From Lingula anatina (lineage: Eukaryota > Animalia > Brachiopoda): a DNA stretch of 64,000 bases. The stretch lies in assembly GCA_051362555.1 (NCBI GenBank), contig CM120646.1, forward strand, positions 12,276,001 to 12,340,000. The letters are read 5' to 3'. The translations under genes were made by a program, and so were the position numbers. Positions 24,504 to 36,094 of the stretch are shown here, piece by piece; position 1 is the first letter of the stretch; every line of letters begins with the position of its first letter. The notes beneath the pieces were generated by a model that worked only from the letters and a program-made list of their open reading frames with translations, was not told the DNA's origin and did no database searches.

Positions 24504-24606
24504 GGGACCATCCCCACAGATATTTGGATCAATAAATGTCTACGGGGAGTCTCACTAAATTACTATCAATTTAACCGGCTTAAATGTCTGTCACGCCTAG
24601 TAAAGC
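24504..24606. mobile_element. Half copy of the same MITE family, truncated by a G-rich CAGGCCCGTAGCC-type repeat starting at 24607
   Basis: GGGGAGTCTCACTAAATTACT..GGCTTAAATGTCTGTCACGCCTA matches the family's arm. Confidence 0.6.
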
Positions 24607-25626
24607 CAGGCCCGTAGCCGGGGGGGAGGGGGGTTTCGGGGGGGGGGGGGGGTCGAAAGAACCACCCCTTTTGCTGGGAAAAGGTCCACTCTGGGTAAAA
24701 TTTGATCTAGGTACATGAAGTTTTTATGGGAAAAGGTCAATGACACAGAGTTTCAAACACGGTCTATTTTAAAAATGATATTATATGGAAACAGGGACTC
24801 CTTGATAAAATTTGGGTTCCGCAGTGGAAGTTCTGGAACCCACCAATACCCAGCCATCTTACAGCAAAATAAGAATATTATAAATGATAGATACAATTAA
24901 AGTCGCTGAGCGAGACAATTCACGAGTAATTTTCACGTACAGCTTGGCGACGAGTGTTGTATCTGGCTTAAAGGCCTCTGATTGGGTACCACACTAGTGC
25001 GTTATGGGAATGCAACAGACGTGCTTGTATGCCAGGTTTAAATCCTATCAGTATAGGTCTAGCGACAGGGCCTTTCGTTATGCTTGAACAGACCAAACAC
25101 AGCCCCTTAAAACGAATACTACTGGTCACGCACATTGCCATGGCGGCCCTGCATGGACAATATTTGAGGTAGCCCACATGGTCCACTCTCGTGAAATCGG
25201 ATTAAATCCTAATCCTTTCTGCACGTCTTCCCAACACTCTTGTAGCGTTGACCAGAACTATGGTACTTGACCCCCAGCAGTGTTTTAGCGTTATGTATTT
25301 CAACAGTTGTGTTCTAACTACACCCAGTAATTACCAAAAATTATTCGCTGAACTTTGCTTTTTTTTCTCAATATGAGCTCAGCGACATCAACTTCTTCGG
25401 AAATGAGCCAGCAATCGTTCTGGTCGGAGATTGACGATACTACGGAAGTAGAAATCCACTGAATTTAGCTGTATTTTTTAATGGCTGATACATGTTGGAT
25501 AAAATGCATTGATAAAGCACGTAATTTATAATAGGAATTAAGACGCTAACCTGCCTCTAGAAGGAACAATCTCCCTTTTCGTGTTGCACCATCTTTTCTC
25601 CCCAGGATCTACACTATCTGCCGTCT

Positions 25627-25669
25627 AACTGAATACTGTTCATGCCGTTCGGGCACTCCCGTTTATATA
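25627..25669 (-). promoter_or_regulatory. Candidate TATA core promoter
   Basis: The - strand reads GC-TATATAAA-CGGG, followed 32-39 nt later by ACAGTATTCAGTT (Inr-like) and a CAG|GTTAG donor at 25551. Confidence 0.4.
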
Positions 25670-26801
25670 GCACTGGGAATCCGTTGGACTGGGCAACAGT
25701 TCTCATTGGTCAGGAATGCGTTTATTTTCCTAATCCCCCACGAAGAGGTTGAGATAAAAATGCTGACCGGTGCAAAGTGTGCCACGGTCGGACTGCGCAT
25801 TATAATCAACCCCAAAGTCGCGTGTTATGTAATAAGCCGAGGTCTCTGCAAGCGTCGTGGTGTAAGAGAATATTATTCTTGGTATGTTTACTCAAGGTAT
25901 ACGTCCTTGGTCTACTAGAATGGAGAAGACTGTGTCTTTATAAATAGGGAATGGACCCTCGGTGCAACTGACCAAAAGAGATATAATGCTCTCTTTGTAC
26001 CTTTTTTAGCTGGCGAAGCACAGGACTTTGAACAGTCACGGCATAGGAATTTACACAGTTGATCACAGTTGCACTCGGATCTTCTTCAGTGATTTTGATC
26101 CGCTTTCTTCAAGTAACAAACCAGGTAGATCAGAAAGAAAATAAAGGCTGATAAGAAAGGAACTCGACTTGATGAACATTGTTATTATCAAGGTTTTTTT
26201 CTGTTCGTGAACAATGGACTGCTCCAACCTCTGTCTTATGCAATAGCTGTCGAGATATGTGCGCGTATTTTCTGCAAGTCATGCCTCTGTATGCGCTGTG
26301 CTTGGCGCCGTCTTTCACCACAGCGCCCTTTGATATATTCTCGTGCTTCATAATACTTTTCTTTGAATTGGATCTCTTGCATAACCATTCATTGCCATTG
26401 GGTACAACTAAGGGAACTGATTAAAGGCCATTTTTCAATTACCTTGATTTTTTTACTTTGATTTTTCATTTATTTTTTATATTCTGAGTTGAAATAAAGA
26501 TGCTCTTTACAAACATCACCACTTAGGCCGTATGCATTGTTTTATAAGCTTTCTTTGCAGCTACTCCGTTTAAGTCTTTCACTGCGATCTTGTTAAACCG
26601 CACACATTATTTCAAAACAATAATCCAATACGCCGTGTCCAAGAATGGTGTCAAAGATCTTTATCCGAAATCTGTAGTTGCGTAATATTTGTTTGTGTGA
26701 GCGTTTTCAGGTAGTCTCACCAGCTAGGCCGCATTCCGTGTCAAGTTGGGGCGGCTTAATTCAGTACCTTCTATCACGAACGACAGACTGTGTATTTCTA
26801 A

Positions 26802-27016
26802 GGCTCTATTCCCATAGATTTTAGATCGATCTATCCCCGCGGGGAGTCTCACTAGATTACTTTCAGATAATCCGACTTAAATGTCCGTCCCGCCTACTAC
26901 AAGCAGTAAGGGGGTAATTAACTTTCGTGTCCGCCCGGCTGACAGCTATTTAGCGTGAACCCCCAGGGAGTTAGGTCGATCTAAAGTAGGTCGATCTAAT
27001 CTATGGAAATGGGGTG
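26802..27016 (-). mobile_element. 215-bp MITE, copy 2 (inverted)
   Basis: Reverse complement of copy 1. TSD TAA/TAA. Confidence 0.88.
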
Positions 27017-27399
27017 TAATAATAGGATAACAGTTGGTCTACAACTGGCTGTCAATCATCTGCAGCTGTAAGCCAATCAGCAAATGGTCTTTTTCACACC
27101 CCTGCTTTGTCATTAAGCCGTAGTTTTTTTTACCGACAATCTTATGGTCTTCCACGTCCTGTAAGAGCTGCTGTCTGCGAAAGCTTAGTCATGGTGCAAA
27201 CAAGAAAATATCTTTCCATGAAAAACAGTTAAAATATGGCAATGTATGGTGGCCCCTATTGGATATTTCGACTTTTCGACTTTTAGAGTTTGCGACTTTT
27301 AGAGTTTTCGACTTTTCGAGTTTGCGACTTTTCGACTTTTTTCTGCGGACAGCTTTTTGCTGCGGAATTTCTGCACATTTGGCACGCGGAAAGCAAGCA

Positions 27400-28915
27400 A
27401 TGGAAAATCTTATTACTAGTTATTATTTCAAAGCAGGATACACAGCAACTGAGATTGCTAAAACTTTAATTGTCACTTGCCCATGGCACCTATGTAAGGT
27501 GAGTGTAACTTTCCCTATGATATGGTACTGGAAAGGTTAGTATCCTCACTCATCAAACTTAATTATTGTAACTGATTATGCAAGGGGTCACGTCGGTGCG
27601 GGGGAGTATCCGGATGTAGTCTTATGTAATACTAGTTTTCAGTGCTTAATTAAGCCTCGAGGGCTTTGCACATTTATTTATTTGTATTTTATATTGCAAA
27701 AAGATGTCATCTTTGCTCCCTCCTTTCTCTCCCCCCCCCTTCATCAAGCTTTTGCATTCTTGCATATTTAAACATTTTATGTTAAAGATATATATTTGCA
27801 TGTTTTGTATTTATTTAGATTGTTGTACAATGTATACATATTTTCTCATTTCATACTCAGTGAATCCTACTTGAGGAAACGTCTTGTCAAATTGAACTTA
27901 AGAAGAAAATCAATTGAAGAGGATTTACCTGAAGTGATTCATGCAATGAGGGTGAGTCTTCTAAAGAGAAACTATATGATTGTAAAATGTTAAATATCCT
28001 GCTAACTCATACATGTAGTTAAATTTGAAAACTTCTGCAAGTTTTGGCCTTTATTCTCATTTTGCACCAGGTAGTGCAAAATTCATGTACAAGCACTTCT
28101 TACTGGTGATTCTGATATGCTTTGCCTATATCTGAATTGTCAATAGGAGTGCTACATGTAGTGCATGAATTTTGTGCTATGCACCAGGGTGTCTTTGAAT
28201 GATTCTTTTTTTGCTCATTTTAGTCTTTATAGCATGTTACACTGAGGAATGCCTGTTTTTTTTTCTATGCAAAAATTTGATGTCCGGCTTATGATCTCAG
28301 CTTCTGAAATGAATTGACAAACAGTGCAATATACCAGTCATTGAGCCCAATGAACACTCTGTTAATATTATTATGTTTACTAAGTCCAAAATTTAAATTA
28401 TTTTTTGCTAAATCAGTATCAGGGGGTAACTCTTACTCCACTACAGTGAAGATAGGGTTTATTAAATTAGTAACTCATGTTTTAAGCAACATTTTCAGTT
28501 GCCTTACATGTCTTGTTGCAAATACAGTAATGTAGTTTATAAGCTTGGATAATTATAGAAGATGCATTTTACAATTTACTATTCTATAATATTATTTATT
28601 ACTATTTTACTATTGATTATTTTAATTATAATGGGTTTTATGTAAGAATTAGACTGTTTGTAATCATTGTCTTTATTGTAATCTATTTTTTTTTAAATTT
28701 GAGAATGTGGTTTATTATGTAGAATCTTGTGAAAATGAGGTTTAAATGCTTGTTTTTCATGTACTGTCACTAAACATGTGAAAATGGATTTTCATTTTCT
28801 GAGGCTGTTTTGCTGTAAAACCTTTGCAGGAAGAACTTGAAGGAACTGGCAGATGTCTTGGTTATCGTGGTATGTGGTCCCGACTGAAGAAAAAGTATGG
28901 TCTATCTGTAAAAAG
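27400..28915 (+). pseudogene. N-terminal three exons of an IS3EU-like transposase (Clr5-like plus IS3-like HTH)
   Basis: Exons 27400-27498 (MENLITSYYFKAGYTATEIA.., frameshifted), 27861-27951 (SESYLRKRLVKLNLRRK..IHAMR) and 28830-28915 (EELEGTGRCLGYRGMWSRLKKKYGLSVKR), all with GT-AG sites. I could not see the catalytic DDE exons. Confidence 0.75.
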
Positions 28916-29504
28916 GTACAGAAAACGTTTTTTTTTTTTTTTTTGCACTCAGCTTTGTTATTGTACCACCAGCGTAGGCGCTGGCGTTACACATGGTTTT
29001 AGTCCCGTCCGGATCATTCTGCCCTCTCTGCCACCATATTACCGTTACCCCTTCTCCTCCTAGACTACAAGGACCTGCATACCCATCTCTTGGATTTAGG
29101 TCACCTATAATCTCAATTCGTTCCATGTTAAATTTGGGCTTTGTCGGTGCTGGGGTCTAGGTGTGGTGCTCATTGCAGTGCACCCTTGTCCAAAAATGGC
29201 AAAATTAAATGCTAATTATCTACCATATCGAAGGAATTATGAGAAAAATTTCTACAGACGGCTGACTGAAAGTCATTTATATGTGGAGATTTCAAATATG
29301 CCCTTGGATTTGACCTGGAAAATAAAATATAAGGCTTGGCAAGGCAGACAACTTTGGGTCAAAAATGCCATTATTTTATGAAATTTGAACATCAAGAACT
29401 TCTGAGCACCTCCCATTTCAAGAATTTCAACCAAAATGACCTTTTCTTTATTTCAATTAATTTTTTTGTTGGAAATTTATGGCACATTATTGTAACTCCA
29501 AAAT

Positions 29505-30310
29505 TGTAACATTTAGTCCCTTATATCTCCAAAACTGGCAGAGATAGGTCCATAGTTACTATTGAAGTTGAATAGGAAGTCATATACTGGCAATTTGACT
29601 GTGACCTTGAAATTGACCTTTGACCTTCTTTTCACCACGAACTTTGCAACCATTAACTTTGCAACCATTAACTTTGCAACATTTAAGTCCCTTATATCTT
29701 TTCATCACGAACTTTGCAACCATTAACTTTGCAACCATTAACTTTGCAACATTTAAGTCCCTTATATCTCCAAAACTGGCAAAGAAATGCCCATAGTTAC
29801 TATTGAACTTGAATAGGAAGTCATATACTGGCAATCTGTGACCCTAAAATTGACCTTTGACCTACTTTTCACCATAAACTGAACTTTGCAACTTTTATAA
29901 TGCTTATACTTTCAAAACTGGCAAAGATACACCCATAGTTACTATTGAATTTGACTAGGAAGTCATGCGAGGCAATTTAACTGTGACCTTAAAATTGACC
30001 TTTGACTTACTTTTCACCATGAACTGATCTTTGCAAATTTTCATTCCGTTTTATCTCCAAAACTTACAGAGATTGGTGCATAGTTACTATTGAACTTGAA
30101 TAGGAAGTCATATACTGGCAATCTAAATGTGACCTTTAAATTGACCTTTGACCTACTTTTCATCATGAATTGAACTTTGCAACTTTTTCAGTGCTTATAC
30201 TTTCAAAACTGGCAAAGATATGCACATAATTACTATTAAATTTGAATAGGAAGTCATATATTGGCTATCTAACTGTGACCTTGAAATTGACCTTTACCTA
30301 CTTTTTATGA
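29505..30310. repeat. Tandem array of about 120-135 bp units (5-6 copies) with AACTTTGCAACCATT sub-repeats; one more unit at about 32960-33110
   Basis: ATAGTTACTATTGAA(C/T)TTGAATAGGAAGTCAT recurs near 29550, 29790, 29935, 30080, 30225 and 33015. Confidence 0.85.
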
Positions 30311-30724
30311 ATGGTAAGAAGATTTTGTCTTACAATTTTAATCAAAATCGCTAGGGCAGAAATATGAAATCTGAAATATGAGAGAGCGTCCTTAAAGGGA
30401 TAATTAAGGGACTCTTCACTTTGGACAAAAAATGAATTTTCCTGGAGTAAACAACAATTTTCCCATACTTACCAATGGTTAATGTATCCATTTTTACATT
30501 CAAAGTTAGTCCCTGTTTTTTTCTAAAAAGTTTGTTTTTTGTTTTAATCTCTTAAGATATTATAACAGAGAATAGCCATCAGTGGAGGTCACATGGTCTA
30601 AAGACAAGCTCAGATATCAGAATAATAGCTATAACTGCCGTTTTTGTGGTATATCATATTTCTATGAGTTGTTCACAATGTTTTTATTGTGAAATATAGA
30701 TCTCATATGAAGAGTTATTATCCT

Positions 30725-32270
30725 TTCAAGGAAACAGCTGAATTGGGCAAAAAAAAGGAAAAAGCACTACCACTAAATGTTCAACAAATAATACCAATCC
30801 CTTTAGCTTTATGTGGAGAAGATGGATCCCCCTATGGAGAAGATGGACCCCCCTATAAAAGATATAAGTCTTTATCAAGACATTTTTTTTTTCAATCAAA
30901 TTACCCACAAGCTTTTAATACAGGGTTCCCTAAAGAAATTGCCTATACTAACATAGTTATTGATGCAATGTTTCAGGTTATAGCACCACCATTACCATTA
31001 CTTTCAAACAATATGCACAATTTTTTTACAATAGGAATATCTGGGGTAGCGCTAACACTCACCAATTTAGCCAAATGCTAAAATTGGCTTAAATTGGCTA
31101 AAGAAAAAGGGCTTGATTTGATGTTTTAGCCAAATTATAACCATTTTGATAACAAATTGACAAAAATGTGGTGATTTGGCTAAGTGAAAAAAATTGCTAG
31201 CGCTACCCCAGGATATACTTAAATTATTTAAAGTCAAAGATATTGTGGAAATTCATGTTGTTTTCGATAAACCAGTGGACAAAAATAAATATTATCCTAA
31301 ACAAGTTGAACATGATAGGAGAGATCAGGGTTGCTTAGGATTAAATGTGGAAGAAATTACTCATGAAACCTCTTTACCAGCAGTCTGGCATGATTCTTTA
31401 AGCAATATCTAGATCTAACAAGGGTAAACCAATAGCCTACCTTGGTGATACCTTATTGCAGTTTCACTGTGAACAGTCACACTGAGATATAGGAGTACTA
31501 GGTTGTGTGTAGCTGGTAGTTATAATGACATATGCAAGTTAGCTGTCAGTGGTTCTGTTAGGGGGGATGCTTTATTTAGTTCAAATCATGAAGAAGGGGA
31601 CAGTTTAGTCTGGCTTCACAGTCTGAATAGTTCAGAAAATAATATGATAATCATATCACCAGATACTGATGTACTAGAAATAGGGCTTGGTTTGTATGAT
31701 AGCAGAGAGTACCTGGGTAAGAACATTTTGATAAAATTAAGTTGTAAGTTGTATGAGGAAATTTATGTTAATGTTAATAGGTTGCATGGTTACATAGTTA
31801 ATGATCCCGACTTGAGTAGGTTAGATAGGTCAAAGGTGGGTAAATTATGCAGGTTTTGTTTGTATGTTCTGGGTGTGATTATGTTTCGTTTTTTAGGGGA
31901 TTTGGTAAAAAAACAATCTACTCTGTATTTTATAGGTATGCTGACTTAATATCTGGAAAAATTGCTGTAGTAACTCTTGATGAAGTAGGTGCAGGGAACT
32001 ACAGAAGTGGACTATTAGCTTTTTACCATTTGTTAGGTTGTCTTTATTTTAGGAAATGCTGCACAGGATAATTTTAATTTCTTAATGAAAGGGTGTATAG
32101 TTGTAGGAAGGTAGACCACATGTGGCAACCGTTGTTGGAAGTTGTGTATGTGAAGGGGAGTGTTTAAATAGCTTAGATAATTTATGTAGTGAAGAAATTA
32201 TAAAAGAAAACAGTGATAGTGAAAATAGTTGTAGTGAAGCAGAACTTAAAAAGCAATTCGAACACGCAAA
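30725..32270 (+). pseudogene. Decayed XPG/PIN-like nuclease region of an Academ(X)-type transposase
   Basis: Ordered motifs across frameshifts: IPIPLAL..DG, VIDAM, IHVVFD.P..KQVEHDRR, SNHEEGDSLVWLH, SPDTDV, SGCDYVSFFRGFGKKT (H3TH-like). Confidence 0.7.
31041..31211. mobile_element. Small MITE interrupting the XPG-like ORF
   Basis: 14-bp TIR CTGGGGTAGCGCTA / TAGCGCTACCCCAG with internal TTAGCCAAAT / ATTTGGCTAA repeats. Removing it rejoins ..YAQFFYNRN-ILKLF.. Confidence 0.75.
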
Positions 32271-32680
32271 CATAAATAGCTAGGCATGCTTTATTGAAAA
32301 GCAATTCGAACACGCAAACATAAATAGCTAGGCATGCTTTATTGTTGACATAATTTTGAATGGCTACAGAATTTGAATGCTTTGGGTTGCACACTTTTAG
32401 ATTGATATGTCAGTAATAAATGATCCAATCTTGATGTCAAAGCTGATTTCCTTAAAATTTCAGTGGATGTGTCCACATAATTATTTTGGTTTAGAGAATA
32501 TGAATGCTTTGGGTTGCACACTTTTAGATTGAAATATCAATAATAGATGATTCAATCTAGGTGACAATCTTTGATCATAGGCTTTGATTTGATTTTATTA
32601 TATTCGTATTTCATTAGGTGTTTCTACAGAATTATTTTGGGTTTGAAAATTTGTTGCTTTGGGTTGCACACTTTTACAAA
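32245..32680. repeat. 48-bp exact tandem duplication followed by three diverged units of about 130-150 bp
   Basis: AAAAGCAATTCGAACACGCAAACATAAATAGCTAGGCATGCTTTATTG occurs twice; TGCTTTGGGTTGCACACTTTTA occurs three times. Confidence 0.8.
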
Positions 32681-35600
32681 GATATATCTTCAACAACAAA
32701 ATTGTATATATTCTTAATGGGGCAAGTCAAATTTCTTTAAAAAATGAACGACATTTTATCAAAATCAAATGGACTAGGTACTTGTTTTTTTCAATGAAAA
32801 ATCACAGACAATTGTGAATTTTACACATACTGTATTTTTTAATTCATATTTTTTAATTGTAATTTTCTCATTGAGTGGTACAACAAAAATAAGAGTGCCT
32901 TACAGTTTTATTCTTTATAATAAAGACACAAATCCTACATGGAAATATATTTTTGAACTGAACTTTGCAAATTTTCTATCCCTTATATCTCGAAAACTGG
33001 CAGAGATACGCCCATAGTTACTATTGAACTTGTATAGGAGGTCATATTCTGGAAATCTCACTGAGACCTTGAAGTTGATCTTTGATTTGCTTTTCACCAT
33101 GATCTGAACTTCTCAATTTTTCAATGAATGCTATTATTTGTCAAGGGTAGAGTTACACACTATTTATAGAACTTTCTTAATTGTCGGAGTAAAATAAAGA
33201 TTTTATTATTACAGGTGTTTAATCAGTTGAATTTTATTTAGATAAGACAGATTACTAATGTGCTATTTATATTTTTCAGTAAATGAAAAAAGAGACAGGA
33301 AGTGAGAGGTCTCCAACAACTTTAATAAAACTCTTAAGTCTTAACCTAACCACACCTTACCAGCTGACTGCCCACATACCTTGTATAAACTATGGATTCT
33401 GCTATGGTCTGACAGCTAAGGTATGAAATACAGCCCGTAGTATAGAAATTGCATATATGTAAAGGTGGATGATTAAGAAAGTAGTTTTAATGAGGAAAGT
33501 TGCTTTGGAATATAAAACCTTTGAAACATTCAAATGTGAATTTGTGTGAAATAATTTTTAAAATTAGCTTTGTTTCATTTTTCAGATAACAGCATTGCAA
33601 GGGCCACATACTGATCAAAAGGACATACAAGGAATGCATACTGTTTGCTGTTAAGAAGAGACAAGAGATGGACATTTTATGTTTTTTTTTGTGTGTGTGT
33701 CTGTTGTTTAATTTCAAATGGTTGAATGTCTCATGTGCCTAGATGTTACTGTACAATTATATATTTAGCTAGGGGTATTTTATATGCTAAAATTATGTCT
33801 GCATATATTAGTGTGTTGCCATTGTCTGGTGGCAGCGTGGATTTTTTGCTTTTTTATTGCCAAAGATAAAGCCTGATTTAAATAAAGATGGAAAGTGACA
33901 TCAGTGCAATTTAAATTCAACTGATTAAAAATGATTTAATACTAGCATCTCATCTGCTGAGAACATCAAGGTTATTGTAATGTTACTGTAGAATTAAAAT
34001 AGTATTTAGCTGCTGTAAAATTAAAATAGTATTTAGCTGAGGGGTACACTCCCATCTAGACAGATAAATTTTAACTAGAAAAACTTGATTTAAGATACAT
34101 CTGCTAGAAGCTACTATTATGATACGATTTTTAAAAATTTTAAATTTAAATTAAATGTTGAAATTGATACAAGCATTTAAGAAGTGGTTGCATGCCTGAA
34201 ATGTGCAATAAATTCTTTTGTTTTATGGGCATAATGGTCTAAATGCCCATTTTGTTGCTAATAAATTACCACATATATATATATACATGTGCATAGTTGT
34301 TTTTTCTTTCATTATAGATTTTCTTAAATAAAAATATACTTGCCATAATTGTTAAAAAGTTGACATAAGACAAAATAAGTTATAAGTAATTAATAAGTAA
34401 TAATGAAAAGTAATATCGGAGTTTTTTTTTTTCATTTTTCATTATTATTTTTTATACAAACGTCGTATATGTTTCTTGTCTTCCATATGTATTCTCAAAA
34501 CAAGAAGTACATTTTAACTATCAGTTGCTCTTGTCTTGATAAACAAATAACACTGACATCTGACGGCTAGTATCACGATGCCAGTTTTCCGACTGGTAAA
34601 AAAGTTGCCAGGTTAGATTTTAATGAAACTTGATAGTCAATTTTCTCATGCGAAAAGCCACCTTCCATTGACGTGAATAAGTTGCACAGTTTCTGTGACA
34701 TGAGATATCTAAAAATGTTAGTGTTGCTATGGCCAAAAAGTGACCAGTTGGCTGACTTCGTCGAGATCTACCTTGCTTCTTACTTCTGAATATCTTCCTA
34801 CGCGCAGCCAGTGTATGACTGGTAAAAAAGTCGAAAACTCGAAAAGTCAAAAACTCTAAAAGTCGCAAACTCGAAAAGTCGAAAACTCTAAAAGTCGCAA
34901 ACTCGAAAAGTCGAAAACTCTAAAAGTCGCAAACTCTAAAAGTCGAAAAGTCGAAATATCCAATAGGGGCCACCATAGCAATGTGTTTTTCAACAGCAGA
35001 ATTAATTTTAATTTTTGAGTTAATCGATTGTTTATTTGTACCCCACCCAGTCCGAGAAGGGTCCAGGGTCGCACTGCAGGATAATTATCTTATCTGGGTC
35101 TTGATCGGGGAAGAGTAAGGGCATAACCAACTAAATAATGACCCACAGATCAAAGGACTGGTATTTCAGATAGAAGACTCATGACCATTAACAACTGCCT
35201 TTATTTTTCCTTGACTTATGTATAAATATCTGTAGGATAGGCCGGTGTAATTCCCCTTTCTTTCTGTTAGTTAATCAGTGTTCTTCTTACTGCGGCACTT
35301 GCTAACTTTGAGAGGAATTTTCAGTTGTGGCTCTTTCGGTTCTTGAGACATTTAGTTTTTTAATTGTACAGTCAGTTTGTATATTCTGAGTCTGGGGGAC
35401 TTAATTCAGTTGTGAGTTCCGTTCTAGGTGAGAGGATTATTGGCATATTATCTTTGTAATTATAAACGCTGAGTTCCAAGTTTTTTCCATTAATTTACAC
35501 TCAATTTATCAAACGGTCCTTCGCTAAAAAAAATTCAGGTTGAAACAACCATTAACATTTTAAAAGAGCACGCTGAAAAAGAGATTTCTGTTCTGGGCGA

Positions 35601-35879
35601 CAGTGGTTTTATTCATCTCTGTTGACGTAATGTCAAGAGTGTCAAGTACAGGAACAAGGTATAAAAAGGACCTTGGGTGTTATGGCAGTGCAGCGGTTCC
35701 CTCTCCACAGATTCATTATGATCATTTTTCTTCTGCAGAGAATCGTGTCAAGAATTTGCCAGAGATACCCTTTACCAGGATCCCAGATATTATAGGCAAT
35801 TAAAGTTTCAAAAAGCCAGGGTACCCTCTACCAGGGCCACATATTTACTTTTCACGAGATATTCACAGACATGCTCTTA

Positions 35880-36094
35880 GACCCCATTTCCAGAGATTAG
35901 ATCGATCTACTTTAGATCGACCTAACTCCCTGGGGGTTCACGCTAAATAGCTGTCAGCCGAGCGGACACGAAAGTTATTTACCCCCTTACAGCTTGTAGT
36001 AGGTGGGACGGACATTTAAGCCGGATTATCTGACAGTAATCTAGTGAGACTCCCCGCGGAGATAGATCGATCTAAAAGCTCTGGGAAAACAGCC
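35880..36094 (+). mobile_element. 215-bp MITE, copy 3
   Basis: Near-identical to copy 1. TSD TTA/TTA. Confidence 0.88.

Larger units (their letters stand above)
28960..33180. mobile_element. Helentron/HINE-like non-autonomous element nested in the IS3EU element
   Basis: Left end TTGTACCAC plus hairpin CCAGCG-TAGG-CGCTGG; the inverse GTGGTACAA is at 32875-32883. Internal repeats of about 120-135 bp carry CCATAGTTACTATTGAA..AATAGGAAGTCATA..GTGACCTTGAAATTGACCTTTGA. The right boundary is uncertain. Confidence 0.5.
27245..34977 (+). mobile_element. IS3EU-type DNA transposon (7.7 kb, defective, with nested insertions)
   Basis: TIRs begin TATGGTGGCCCCTATTGGATATTTCGACTTTTCGACTTTTAGAGTTTGCGAC, with subterminal 9/18-bp repeats at both ends. 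Exact 6-bp TSD GCAATG (27239-27244 and 34978-34983). TAY..RTA ends with a 6-bp TSD match the IS3EU description. Confidence 0.85.

Noticed and set aside
29505-30310. Regularly spaced direct repeats as a CRISPR array; ORF 29580-29834
   Set aside because: The sequences between repeats are homologous to each other, so this is a tandem satellite and the ORF is a repeat artefact.
34620-35074. ORFs 34620-34868, 34856-35074 and 27259-27399 with repeating FSTFRV/RLLEF peptides
   Set aside because: They are translations of the 9/18-bp subterminal repeats of the IS3EU TIRs.
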